Made by a program: the position numbers and the translations under genes
DNA from: an uncultured Acidobacteriota bacterium
GTDB lineage: Bacteria; Acidobacteriota; UBA6911
Direction of reading: 5' to 3'
Assembly: GCA_963843575.1 (NCBI GenBank)
Contig: CAWJKZ010000024.1
Coordinates: forward strand, 384,001-448,000
DNA: 64,000 nt
Notes under the pieces: model-generated
What the model was told of the DNA's origin: nothing
What the model saw: only the letters and a program-made list of their open reading frames with translations
Database searches by the model: none
In this document: in pieces, positions 27,414 to 38,380 of the stretch
Numbering within the stretch: the first letter of the stretch is position 1
Layout of the letters: each line of letters opens with the position of its first letter

Positions 27414-28343
27414 TTGATTACTCTCGAGATGCTTTCCGACATGTGCTGCCCGGTTTGTCGCAGCGGGGGATTGGAAGCCGATATTGCCAGGCAAGAAAAC
27501 GGCAAAATCATCGAGGGCCAGTTGGTTTGCAGCCTGAAGGGAGAGAGTTACCCGGTTCGTTCCGGGGTGGCTGATTTCATTCCCCGCAGTCTGGTGAGCG
27601 ACGTGCAATGGAAGATGTGGCAGGATCATTTGCTCGGTTTCCAGGAGCGGCGGGACGAGCGCATCAGGGAACCGCGTCGGCAAGTTCATGCCCTCGCAAA
27701 GAAATCCCGCTCAAGAAACGCAAAAAGTAAGTTTGCCGAGTTCGCGGGTATCCGGGAAGGAAAAGTGTTGGACCTGGGATGCGGCCCCGGCAAATTCAGG
27801 TTCAACTTGAATGACAACGTTGAATACTATGGCCTTGATCCCCTGCCGTTGCTGGAGGTGGCGGAGTTTCCGTTCGTCTGTGCTTTGTCAGAGTACATGC
27901 CCTTCAAAAACGACACGTTTTCCCATCTGTTGGTGATTGACGCGATGGACCATTTTAAAGACCTGGAAGCTTCCTTCAAAGAAGCGCTGCGGATTCTCAA
28001 ACCCGTCGGTAAATTCCATCTGATCCAGGTTATCCATGATTTGAAAGGACCGGTATCGGCGGTCAAGGTGTTCACCCACTGGGTGAAGGATTCACTGGAA
28101 GAGCACGCTACCAAGATCAAGAACCCCGACGCTCCCAAACATATGACCGAATTCACCAGCACATCGCTGCGTGAATTCATGAACCGCTATTTCACCATCG
28201 ACGCGGTGCGCATTTACAACGACAAATGGTACAGCCCGACCAAGTTATTCCTGAGCATGTCTCCCCTGCCATCAATGGGCGCGTACGCAAACCGTGGCGA
28301 GGGATCCACCCCGATGCTGAAGGAACGCGGCGTTGTTCGTTGA
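27414..28343 (+). CDS. Trm112-like domain + class I SAM methyltransferase
   Basis: CCPVC...YPVRSGVADF; VLDLGCGPG; LRILKPVG. Confidence 0.85.
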   Translation: MITLEMLSDMCCPVCRSGGLEADIARQENGKIIEGQLVCSLKGESYPVRSGVADFIPRSLVSDVQWKMWQDHLLGFQERRDERIREPRRQVHALAKKSRSRNAKSKFAEFAGIREGKVLDLGCGPGKFRFNLNDNVEYYGLDPLPLLEVAEFPFVCALSEYMPFKNDTFSHLLVIDAMDHFKDLEASFKEALRILKPVGKFHLIQVIHDLKGPVSAVKVFTHWVKDSLEEHATKIKNPDAPKHMTEFTSTSLREFMNRYFTIDAVRIYNDKWYSPTKLFLSMSPLPSMGAYANRGEGSTPMLKERGVVR

Positions 28344-29545
28344 GCAGGCCGATCACCAATCCGGGCAGTTGGACAAAGAAATCATCGAGCGTTCCGAGGA
28401 ACTGAGCCGATTGCTGTCCGGGAAAGCCCCTTTCAGCATGTTTCATCCTTAGCCGGGCGGGGTTGAAGCGCTGTATAAGGCCATTTTTGCCCGGAAGCAT
28501 AGATGTGCACCTATTGAACACTGGCGAGGGGACGCCAGGGATTCAGCAGACAACCACTGGTGGGATTCCCTCCGGCCGGATCGCTGCAATCGACGTCTCC
28601 GACTCTTTCACTCCTGCAAGTCACTGCAACTATGCTGCAACCTTTGCGCTAGCAATGGATTACGATCCTGGTATCCGGCATATCAATATGTCATCTCATC
28701 GGCACCCTTTCATCCACCGTCAGGGAAGTCTCCCTCCGACTGCTGGTCCGCACTGACGGGGTGTAAGTGGGTTACGTTATGGGGCGTCTCGGGGCTCCGG
28801 GTGGGGTTCACGCAGTTCGCTTGCACTCTCTCATAGTGATTCGTATTGCCGATTGCTCGGTGGGGTGGTGACGCCAAAATGGTGCGCTAACAGCCCAGGG
28901 CACCACGGGAAGAGCTCAGATTAGTTGCAGAAATCTCGCAATAGTTCCGACACCGTCAGGAAGTTCCAATCCCTTTTCGCATCGTTGGTTCCTATGACCT
29001 CGATTGCAGATTAATGCTGCCGACTAATAGTATCGTTCGCTATTGTGCCTCGCCAGTTGTGCGCCAGGGCATCAATAACGGTACTGGATACCAATGGATA
29101 GGATTGCTGCTGATTGCGCCTCCTGGGGCTTTACGCGAACCGGACGGGGCTGTTTTGCGATCGGCCACTGGGTGCGTTGCCGGGGCGGTCTGTGCCGACA
29201 TTCGCAGGTTGTGGCGACGTGGCCATCCCGGTGGCCATAAACCAAGTGTGACAAATAACCTGTTTGTCACAGCGCTTTCGCAGAGCGCCGCGCTGGAACT
29301 GCGGGCGAGACTGGATGTGATCGCCCGGATTCGTGTGATCATTTCTCACTGGCGGCGGGTGAAGGGTGCGTTAAGGGACGCATCTGCGCGGCTCTGGAGC
29401 GTAAGTTCCAGTAGCCGCAATGCAGGATGGATTCATCGGACCCGTTCCGACAGCGTCATTCCCTGCGAGGAGGAGAGTCGGAGGATGGGTGTATAATTGC
29501 GGACAACTCAGGGTTAGCTGTCTCACCCAGGATGGAATTGTGGCA

Positions 29546-29782
29546 ATGCCATCCCCGCATGACGTCACTCATCTGCTCCAGGCCTGGTGCGGCGGCGACC
29601 AGGCTGACCTGGATAAGCTCATCCCTCTGGTTTATGACGAAGTGCACAGGCTGGCGCATATCTACACGGTGCGCGAGCGGCCGGGCCACACGCTGCAGAC
29701 CAGTGCCCTGGTCAATGAGGCCTATCTGCGGCCCATCGATGCGTGGTTGCTGCAGGAGTTGAAACGCGGGGCGCGCGGATGA
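29546..29782 (+). pseudogene. TIGR02999-type ECF sigma factor with a large in-frame internal deletion
   Basis: DVTHLLQAW...LIPLVYDE...RERPGHTLQTSALVNEAYLR joined directly to the C-terminal AWLLQEL; stop overlaps the kinase ATG. Confidence 0.85.
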
Positions 29783-32613
29783 GTATCGATCGGTGGCAGC
29801 GGGTCAAGGACATCTACAACTCGGCCCTGGATCTCGAGTCGGGAGGGCGCGAGGCCTACCTGCGAGAGGCCTGCGGGGGAGACCACGCCCTGCGGCAGGA
29901 GGTGGAGGCTCTGCTGGCCAACCTGCCGGAGGCCGAGGGATTCATGAAGGATCCCGCAATGGAGGTGGCGGCCCGAGGCCTGGCCGGGGAACGGACGAGT
30001 GAGCCACAACCGGACTATGCAGGCCGGTCCGTGCGGCAATACCGGATTGTGGAAAAGATCGGCGAAGGCGGGATGGGAGTGGTCTACCTGGCGGAGGATG
30101 GTTCACTCCATCGGAGAGTCGCGCTGAAGTTTCTGCCGCCGGAGATGCAGCAGGACGCGACTGCTCGAAAGCGGTTCCTGCGCGAAGCCCGTTCGGCAGC
30201 CGCTCTGGATCATCCCTACATCTGCCACATCAACGAAGTGGGCGAGGCCGAGGGTGCGGACTTCATCGTCATGGAGTACGTCGAAGGCCAGATGCTGATG
30301 GACAAGCTCCGTCAGGGGCGGTTGCCGCTGAAGCAGGTCCTGCAGATCGCCACAGAGGTTACGGAGGCGCTGGAGGCCGCGCATGGCAAGGGGATCATCC
30401 ATCGGGACCTGAAGCCCGCGAACATCATGCTGACACCGACGGATCACGCGAAGGTGATGGACTTCGGGCTGGCCAAGCAGTTGATTCCGCCTGGAGGAAT
30501 CGAGAGCCAGGAAAAGTCGGGGACGGCGCTGACCCGGAGCGGCATGACGCTGGGGACTTTGGCGTACATGTCGCCGGAGCAGTTGCGCGGGGAGACCGTC
30601 GATGCCCGTTCGGACATTTTCTCGTTTGGCGTGGTGTTGTACGAGATGCTGGCCGGGGTTCATCCCTTCAAGAAACCGACCGGGATGGACACGGCCGGTG
30701 CGATCCTGAAGGATACCCCTCCGCCCCTGGCAGAGAGTTGCCCGGACGTTCCGGTTCTGCTCCAGCACGTCGTGAAGAAGATGCTGGCCAAGGATCCTGA
30801 GGATCGGTATCTATTGATGCACGATGTGAGGACCGACCTGAGAGAGTTGCTCGATGAGTCGAACCGGCCGGTACGGGGGAAGCGCAGAGGGCGGAAACCG
30901 TTGTACTTGATTGCCGCAATCGCGTTGGTGATTGTCGGCGCGGGGATCTGGGCGTTGTTCCAGTTCTCTCCTCGCGGGGCGGCGCTGCCCCCGCCGAGGT
31001 TTGTGCCCATAACAGCGTCCGGTGGCGCAAAAGGTTTTCCGTCACTTTCACCGGATGGAAACTGGATCGCGTTTGCCTGGACGGGTGAAAAGGGAGGTAA
31101 CCAGGACATCTACGTCAAGGAGTTGGAAGGCCCCGGCTTCAATCGGCTGACGACCGACCCGGCAGTTGACAACTTTCCCGCGTGGTCTCCCGATGGCCGC
31201 CAGATCGCTTTCCTGCGACGCTCGGGCGATCGATGGATACTGTACCTCATCAGTATGGTGGGCGGTGGAGAAAGGAAGCTGGCTGAGGTAGGCCTCGGAC
31301 GACCGAGCTGGTCGCCCGATGGGAAGAACATCGCATTTGTGGACCGAAAATCACCGAAAGATCCTTCGAGCATCTGGTTGTTATCGGTGGATACGCTGGC
31401 AACCAGGCAGATGACCACCCCGGAGGTAAGTTACTACGGTGACGATCATCCGGCCTTTTCCCCCAATGGTCGCTACCTTGCGTTCATCAGGCAGATTGAC
31501 GCTTTGACACCCATTCTATATGTCATGCATCTTCCCGGTGGAGAGCCCAAGGTTGTGACGGACCATAACGGCCCCTGGTGGCCATGCTGGACTGCCGATA
31601 GCCGCGAGATTGTCTTCATTACTGACCCTATGACAGGGGAAGCGTCGTTGTGGCGGATCGTCATGGACGGCGGGGAGCCTCTCAGAGTCCCGGCTCGTGG
31701 CGAGCGGGTTCGTCAGCCCACCATCACCGGGAATCGTCTGGCCTACGTAAGCGATACCTCCAACTGGGACATGTGGAGACTGGAATTGACGGGGCAGGAC
31801 GCGATGAAACCGCCATCCAGGCCCCTATTGTCCTGGACATCAGATGAGTCTGATCAGGGTATTTCACCCGACGGAAGCAGGATAGCTTTCGCGTCCGACA
31901 GTTCAGGAAGCATGGAGATCTGGATCTGCAATGCCGACGGCACAAAGCCGATGAAGCTCACCGACATGAAGGCGGGAGACACCGGCAGTCCAGACTGGTC
32001 TCCTGACGGGAAGAATATCGCTTTCGATTCCACCAGATCGGGGAGTAACGACATCTATGTGGTGAGCGCAGAAGGAGGGCCGGTGCGCCGGATCACGCCA
32101 GATCCCACGGAAGATGCGGTCCCACGCTGGTCACGGGATGGTCGTTGGATATATTTCGGCTCGAACAGGGGCGGAAGCTGGCGGATCTGGAAGGTGCCGT
32201 CCGATGGAGGCAACGCGATTCAGATCACCAGGGACGGAGGCCTGGTGGCCCGCGAATCAGCCGACGGGCAGTTTGTGTACTACCGTGGTTATTATGATCT
32301 TCAGAAAAGAGGTATCTGGCGAGTTCCCGTTGCGGGCGGCCCGGAGACGCTTGTACTGGACAGGCAGATTCCTCTCTGGACTTGGCATTTAACGGGCCGG
32401 GGCATCTACTTTATCGATCACAATGCTAAGCCTGTGGCGATCATATGCTTTTACGATTTTGCGACCCAGCGTGTAAGAAATCTGGCTCCCGTCCATAGTG
32501 ATCCGGCCTTTCGGATAGGAGGGGGCTTCAGCGTCTCGCCTGACGATAAGTGGCTTGTCTACGAGGGTGGGATCGTCGCTTCCGATATTAGGATGATCGA
32601 CAACTTCCGCTGA
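29779..32613 (+). CDS. Hanks-type Ser/Thr kinase + TM + PD40/TolB beta-propeller
   Basis: IGEGGMGVVY, VALKFL, HRDLKPAN, DFGLAK, YMSPEQ; many WSPDG repeats. Confidence 0.95.
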   Translation: MSIDRWQRVKDIYNSALDLESGGREAYLREACGGDHALRQEVEALLANLPEAEGFMKDPAMEVAARGLAGERTSEPQPDYAGRSVRQYRIVEKIGEGGMGVVYLAEDGSLHRRVALKFLPPEMQQDATARKRFLREARSAAALDHPYICHINEVGEAEGADFIVMEYVEGQMLMDKLRQGRLPLKQVLQIATEVTEALEAAHGKGIIHRDLKPANIMLTPTDHAKVMDFGLAKQLIPPGGIESQEKSGTALTRSGMTLGTLAYMSPEQLRGETVDARSDIFSFGVVLYEMLAGVHPFKKPTGMDTAGAILKDTPPPLAESCPDVPVLLQHVVKKMLAKDPEDRYLLMHDVRTDLRELLDESNRPVRGKRRGRKPLYLIAAIALVIVGAGIWALFQFSPRGAALPPPRFVPITASGGAKGFPSLSPDGNWIAFAWTGEKGGNQDIYVKELEGPGFNRLTTDPAVDNFPAWSPDGRQIAFLRRSGDRWILYLISMVGGGERKLAEVGLGRPSWSPDGKNIAFVDRKSPKDPSSIWLLSVDTLATRQMTTPEVSYYGDDHPAFSPNGRYLAFIRQIDALTPILYVMHLPGGEPKVVTDHNGPWWPCWTADSREIVFITDPMTGEASLWRIVMDGGEPLRVPARGERVRQPTITGNRLAYVSDTSNWDMWRLELTGQDAMKPPSRPLLSWTSDESDQGISPDGSRIAFASDSSGSMEIWICNADGTKPMKLTDMKAGDTGSPDWSPDGKNIAFDSTRSGSNDIYVVSAEGGPVRRITPDPTEDAVPRWSRDGRWIYFGSNRGGSWRIWKVPSDGGNAIQITRDGGLVARESADGQFVYYRGYYDLQKRGIWRVPVAGGPETLVLDRQIPLWTWHLTGRGIYFIDHNAKPVAIICFYDFATQRVRNLAPVHSDPAFRIGGGFSVSPDDKWLVYEGGIVASDIRMIDNFR

Positions 32614-32919
32614 CCGAATGGGTGGACTCGTCGCGATCCGTCAAACAGCATGCTGCGGAAGGAGGAACCATTGGTCTCTGCGCCCGAGGTTTCCGATCGA
32701 CTCCCCGTCTCAGGTCGAGGAGATAAATGCCCGATCCCGCCGTCTCGTAGGCCTTGGCGTTGAACCCATGATCGGAGGCGGGGTTCCCGGTTCGCGTTGT
32801 GGGCCTCATACTTGGTCTCAATGGCCCGGTGTACCCTGTCCAACCGGTTGGACCCCAGCACTGCGGTTCGTCGGCTGGCGGGAACCTCTGCTAAAATTAC
32901 GCATTGCGATCACTTTTGC

Positions 32920-33260
32920 CAGGCGTCACTCCGATGCGGCTCTGCCGTGCTCCCGCACCATTCGATGACCCCGCATGGATTTTTGTGCTGAAACACGACA
33001 GTCATCGAATTGTTACCGCACTGACAGCAAGCGGGCATGGTCATGTGAATTTCTGGGGGTCACCCGCAACGCCGGACTACGCTTGTGCCTCTTCGGCTCG
33101 CTTTTGTTCTGTGAGCACATCCACTCATCCTGGCTCTAATCTCGTTCATAGTGGCAGGATTGACTGAACGCGACGACTCCGTAGTCCATGACTCTGCAAT
33201 ACTTGTCGGGCCCAGCGGGCAGATTCTAGCCAAGCATCGAAAGATCAATATCCTAAAATG
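32920..33260 (+). pseudogene. Adjacent remnants of an ATP-dependent DNA ligase N-terminus and a carbon-nitrogen hydrolase
   Basis: TPMRLCRAPAPFDDPAWIFVLKHD; AGLTERDDSVVHDSAILVGPSGQILAKHRKIN. Confidence 0.45.
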
Positions 33261-33399
33261 GCCGAAGCCACAGAACTCAGGTAACGTCTATTTACGTTGC
33301 CGGAAGGTAAACAGGCTGAATCGGGGGATCAGCTCCTTGAAGTTGGAGTACCATTCAATGCAAACCAGCCTGGAGCGTCGGTTCAGCGCAGGATTGATG

Positions 33400-33881
33400 T
33401 TGAAAACGGTATGCGGACATTCCTGGAGAACCACGTAAAGCAGTTGGTGTCGGTGGACTTCTTCGTGGTGCCGACCGTGAGTTTGCGAATCCTGTATGTG
33501 TTCCTGGTTCTGGCTCAATGAACGCAGACGCGTTGTGCATTTCAACGTGACCGAGCATCCGACTGCAGAGTGGGCGGCGGCGAAGCTGATGCAGGCATTC
33601 CCTTGGGACACGCCGCCGCGTTACCTGCTTCGGGACCGTGATGGAGTCTATGGTGAGGCCTTCCGGACACTGGCGGCCGACATGGAGATCACAGCAGTGC
33701 TCACAGCTCCACGCTCTCCCTGGCAGAGCCCATATGTCGAAAGGCTGATCGGCTCCATTCGCCGCGAATGCCCGGATCACGTTTTCGTGTTGAATGAGTC
33801 CTCGCTGCGGCGGCAGATCGCCGGCTCTTCGGGCTTCCGCAATGACTCCGTTTGATCCGGATCGAGTTTTCAGTAACGACA
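33400..33881 (+). pseudogene. Integrase-core (rve) transposase remnant with terminal end
   Basis: TFLENH...VDFFVVPT, HFNVTEHPTAEW, YLLRDRD, SPWQSPYVERLIGSIRREC; ends ...TTTTCAGTAACGACA. Confidence 0.8.
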
Positions 33882-33913
33882 GGGCACAGAGCTCGGCTAC
33901 AACGGGCGTCATG

Positions 33914-36900
33914 CTACGGTATCACAGGCAAAGCGGCCATCCCGGCCGGACTCAGCCGCAGTGCCATGGCGCAAATCGGCTGCGAGGCTTCGATTACCAG
34001 GGTCCCCCGGAATTTTGCGAGGTTTACCGGCTTGCCTGCGAACAATTCTGCGGGAAAGCGCGCAATCTGGGCATAGCCCGCGAGGGTTGTTTCAGCCCTG
34101 GCGCCCACAATCGGCAACCCATTGGTGTCGGTCAGGGTCAGGGATATGCTGACGGTGTCTGCGCCCGGGTTGGAAAGCGCGATGCCAGCTTCCAGGTAGG
34201 CGGAACTGTCGATGTCCAGCGGAACCGCCTGACGCGCCGCAGGACGGCTTGCTGCCAGGCCCCCCAGGCCCAGGACCCCGGAAAAAAGGAGTGCGCTTCT
34301 GACCGGGATCTCCGACTTCATTTCGACGGAACCAACCGCCAGTGGACCGAGTCCGTCCGTAGCGAGCCAAAGTGCTGCGCCGGGTGCCAGGTTGAACGGA
34401 TAGTTTCCGTCGGTCCAGATGCCGTTGAACGTCACTCCGAGCGATTGTCCCTGGCTGCCGCGCAACTTCAGGATCCCCGCGCACGGTTGACTGAGGGAAG
34501 GATTCACCAGGATCAGAGTCGAGGCGAGTCCCTCTCCATTTACGAACTGAGAAAAGTAGACGGGTTCGGCGGCAACCTCTTTGGAAATGCGGCGGATCGT
34601 GTGGTTGTCCCTGTCGGCGACGAAAATCGTCCCGGACGGATCAACGGCGAGGCCGGACGGTATCGCAAACCGCGCGGCAGTTCCTGCTCCGTCGGCGTTT
34701 CCCGACAGCGACGTATTTGGCGTCGTGTTGATTTTCGAAGAGCCCGCCAGCGTTGTCACAAATCCGTCCCTGGTCACGTGGCGCACAACCCACCCGTCGG
34801 AAACGTACACGCCGTCGGATGAATCGATCGCGAGTCCCATGGGATAGCCAAACAGCGCGGTTTCCGGCGGCCCATTCATGCCGCCATGAAGGCCCGGAGT
34901 GCCCGCGAGGGTCGTGACGATTCCTTCAGGGGAGATCTTCCGAATTACACAGTTGTTGTAGTCGGCGACCAGCAGGTTGTTCCTGGAATCGAGCGCGATC
35001 CGCTGCTGGCCATCGAAACGGGCGTTCTCGCCGGTGCCGTCGGCATATCCCGGCACCCCGGCGAGCCCCGCGATGGTTGTGACACTGCCGCCGGGCGCGA
35101 TTTTGCGGATCGTGTGGTTGGATGTGTCGCTCACATAGATCGTCCCCGAGGCGTCGATCGCAATCCCTCGAGGATAGTTGAACCGCGCCGCCGCGGCGCT
35201 TCCATCCGCGCTGCCCTGTTCGCCAGCCGAGCCCGCAATCGTGGTAACCGTGCCATTGGCGGCGAGCTTGCGGATGGTATGGTTCCCGTAATCCGCGATG
35301 AATATGTTGCCTGCGCCGTCCGCGCACAGACTTCGGGGAGTGTTGAAACGGGCTGACCCGCCGATGCCATCCTGCGCGCCGCTGCTGCCCGCCAGGCCCG
35401 CGACGGTCGTGACGACACCCAGTGCGCTGATCTTGCGGATCGTGTGACTGGCCGTATCCGCCACGTAAAGGTTTCCGGCTCTATCGGCGGCAATGTCGTT
35501 GGGGGAAGCAAAGCGTGCCTCCCGCAGGGCCCCATCGGCGGAACCGCGGCTGCCGGCCTCCCCCGCATAGGTCGAGACGATCCCGACAGGCGTCGGTTTG
35601 CTGAGGCGATCGACGGGTCCCACCGGAAGCGTCGTGAACTGTCCAGACTCGGCCTGGAGCATGGCCACCCCGTTGAAGGGAAGGGAGGACGTGGCCAGAA
35701 GCGTCCCTCTCGCTTCGGTCAGATCGAAGGCTGGAAACATCTCGTCTGCATACTTCATGAACTGTCCGTGGGGAACGAGCCGCACCGATGTCTGCGCTCC
35801 CGGGACAGGTTCGCCATCCGTTGCGCGCAGTTGCATCGCGACTACGATCTCCTCGGAATTCGGATTGGAAAGTGCGATACCGCCACGAATGCCCGTGGAG
35901 CGGTCGGATGACACCGGAAGGACAAGGCTGGTCGTGGCGAGAGAGGAAGCTGAAAGGCCGGCGATACCACTCGTGCCCGCCAGCACGATTGATGCATCGA
36001 CGGGAGAGTCCGACCCGACCTCGATCGAGCCGGTTATCAGCTCGCCCTGACCGTCCGTGAAATACTGCGCGCTGCCTCCCGGAGGCAGCGCGAAATCGAA
36101 AAGGCCGTCACGGGGCACACCGTTTATGGCCAGGCGCAGCGGAGTGCCGCCTGTGGAGAAGAGGCTGACCGTACCCGACGCCTGCTGCGTGGCGGATGGG
36201 TTCACAAGCACAAGGGTGGACCGGATGCCGGCTCCATTCGCCAGGTGCGCGATAAATCGCGCATTGTTGTTGATCGTAACGGTAAAGCCCGTGTCGTAGG
36301 CCGATTCGACAGCGATGGAGACGCCATTTCCCGGGTCCTGAAAGAGCCTGCCCGGGACGAACATGGGTCCCTCGTCGCCCGTGAATTCGTTCATGTCCGG
36401 GTCCATGACGTGGGCCGGTCTCCATTCCGACCCCAGTCCCCACTGTCCCGAAGCAATACGGTCGGGGTCGACGTCGTAGAGGATCACGGCATCGCCATAT
36501 AGTCCGGTGTCGTAACCGACGCGCTGGCGGGCTTCCGCAGTGTAAAAATGTTCGTGAAGACCTGGCAGCGGGATTTGAGCCATTTTGAAAGCCCGGGTCA
36601 TCGGCAGGGCCAGTCTCTCCAACTGTATGGTCTTTTGCGTACCCGGCAACGCGGTATATTTCTCATCCGGGCGAATCCACCCCAGCAGGTCCTTGTGGTA
36701 GGCATTCGTGTGGATCGCCTGAAGGCCGAACTCTGGATCCGTGACCCTGGAGGCCCAGTGACTCATCACGTCCCAGTAGTTGTCATAGGTGCCGCCGTAA
36801 CCTGCCGACGAATGCGGCAAACCGAACGCGTGGCCAATCTCATGCGCGAACCCGTAGTGGCTGGAGTTGCGTTCATGCCCATAAACACCGTGAAACAGGT

Positions 36901-37687
36901 CGGCGGGATGCCAGGTGGCGCCCCAGGTGCGTTGCACGCCATCCAGGGGCAACCTCACAATCCCGCCGTAAGCGGCGTACTTTGCGCCGAAAAAATCGTT
37001 GAACACCATCGTAATGCCGGCGTAGGCGGGGAAGTAGACATCGCGGTCCGCCACCGCGGTGGCGTCCAGCAGTGTCCGTCCCTGATCCGGCCACACGGAG
37101 TCGCCATACACGTAGTAGGAACGCGGATGAGGCAAAACATACCAGCCCACGACGCGGGGAGCTCCGAGGTTGATAACATCGTATGAGACCTCGCGCCAGT
37201 AGTGATCTATCCCGGGGAACGTGGACGCAAACATCGCCTGGTAGAAACCTGGCGTCCGCGGCTCATCGGACACATCCGGAAATTTGCAGAGAATGATGAG
37301 CCAGGGCTGCGGTCCGGACTTGAGACTGGGCAAGGTGGCGGACTGGCGGACAAGTCCCGCCCGGAAAGGCGGCGAGATGAAACGAACAGAGGTGACTCTG
37401 AGGCCTGCACCGTCGATCCACTCGCCACTCACTTCGGCAAAGCGCGGCGAGAGGTCACCGGCGCTGGGGATCACTCCAGGTACATCGGGGGCGAGCGTGA
37501 GATTTGTAGCGTTCCCGGCTGCATCGATGAGGAAATGCCGGACTCCGGAGCGACCTTCCGGGTCGTCAAAACAGATGGTGTGAAACCATCCGATCAGCAC
37601 AATCCCGTCGTTGGGAGGGTGATGGCCCGGCGGCACAGCGCCTAACACTGCGGACAAGAGAACGAGCAGCGGCAATATCCCCGGCAT
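33914..37687 (-). CDS. Secreted metzincin (M6/M11-like) metalloprotease with NHL repeats and a duplicated beta domain
   Basis: Signal peptide, HEIGHAFGLPH, Met-turn DVMS, about six ARFxxPxGIAxD NHL repeats, two F(IAH/SQF)xNG...LVNPS domains. Confidence 0.88.
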   Translation of the reverse strand: MPGILPLLVLLSAVLGAVPPGHHPPNDGIVLIGWFHTICFDDPEGRSGVRHFLIDAAGNATNLTLAPDVPGVIPSAGDLSPRFAEVSGEWIDGAGLRVTSVRFISPPFRAGLVRQSATLPSLKSGPQPWLIILCKFPDVSDEPRTPGFYQAMFASTFPGIDHYWREVSYDVINLGAPRVVGWYVLPHPRSYYVYGDSVWPDQGRTLLDATAVADRDVYFPAYAGITMVFNDFFGAKYAAYGGIVRLPLDGVQRTWGATWHPADLFHGVYGHERNSSHYGFAHEIGHAFGLPHSSAGYGGTYDNYWDVMSHWASRVTDPEFGLQAIHTNAYHKDLLGWIRPDEKYTALPGTQKTIQLERLALPMTRAFKMAQIPLPGLHEHFYTAEARQRVGYDTGLYGDAVILYDVDPDRIASGQWGLGSEWRPAHVMDPDMNEFTGDEGPMFVPGRLFQDPGNGVSIAVESAYDTGFTVTINNNARFIAHLANGAGIRSTLVLVNPSATQQASGTVSLFSTGGTPLRLAINGVPRDGLFDFALPPGGSAQYFTDGQGELITGSIEVGSDSPVDASIVLAGTSGIAGLSASSLATTSLVLPVSSDRSTGIRGGIALSNPNSEEIVVAMQLRATDGEPVPGAQTSVRLVPHGQFMKYADEMFPAFDLTEARGTLLATSSLPFNGVAMLQAESGQFTTLPVGPVDRLSKPTPVGIVSTYAGEAGSRGSADGALREARFASPNDIAADRAGNLYVADTASHTIRKISALGVVTTVAGLAGSSGAQDGIGGSARFNTPRSLCADGAGNIFIADYGNHTIRKLAANGTVTTIAGSAGEQGSADGSAAAARFNYPRGIAIDASGTIYVSDTSNHTIRKIAPGGSVTTIAGLAGVPGYADGTGENARFDGQQRIALDSRNNLLVADYNNCVIRKISPEGIVTTLAGTPGLHGGMNGPPETALFGYPMGLAIDSSDGVYVSDGWVVRHVTRDGFVTTLAGSSKINTTPNTSLSGNADGAGTAARFAIPSGLAVDPSGTIFVADRDNHTIRRISKEVAAEPVYFSQFVNGEGLASTLILVNPSLSQPCAGILKLRGSQGQSLGVTFNGIWTDGNYPFNLAPGAALWLATDGLGPLAVGSVEMKSEIPVRSALLFSGVLGLGGLAASRPAARQAVPLDIDSSAYLEAGIALSNPGADTVSISLTLTDTNGLPIVGARAETTLAGYAQIARFPAELFAGKPVNLAKFRGTLVIEASQPICAMALRLSPAGMAALPVIP

Positions 37688-38380
37688 GATGCCTCCTGCT
37701 AAGGTCCGACCGAATAAAAACCCATTATCGACCTAAAACGGGTCTCCGGATCAGAATCTTCCTCACGAGAGGAAGGACGAGACTCACCGAGAGCATTTCG
37801 AACATCCCCGACAACAGACAGGAGCGAGTGCATCAATCGATTCTCAGTGTGGCAGACATCTCGACGACGCAATGTTCAGAGCTGATACGCTGCGCTTGTG
37901 CTCCTGGCGACCCAACACCACAGCGGCGCACGGAGTCGGAGAGGATAGACATCTGACGTGGTCTGGAATCGCCAAGAGGCACGTATCCCGAAAGGCAGGG
38001 TAACTGCAAAGGCGGGTGAATCGACCTACGTTATTGACGGCAGGTGCAGCGGGAGTTTTATCAGACATCCATGAACCGATGATGCCTTTGGCTCGGATTA
38101 CCCAATGATCCAGCGAGGCCTCCTCCGCGGAATTCGAGTCGACGAGAACCATCGGGCACCGTGGAAGTGCTGACAGAAGAGCCCAGAGCACGGGCCTTGG
38201 GCTTGTGAATCCAGCACGGAACCGATAGGAACCGGGTAGGCCCAAACCCCGGTTGCAGCAGTCGGGTGATAGTGATACAAAATCCCTGCGGGGCCAGTTC
38301 CCCGGTAGGTCGACCTTCTTCTCGCAAACCATCTGTCTGATCCTGCGGGCGGCCGCATCGTGTGAAGCTGTCGAACAACA

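Noticed and set aside
28940-28985. GTTCCAATCCC as a tRNA fragment or attR
   Set aside because: Too little identity to the tRNA-fMet 3' end and no cloverleaf
28350-29500. ORFs in the 28.4-29.5 kb interval
   Set aside because: Short, no recognisable motifs or RBS; looks like decayed island sequence
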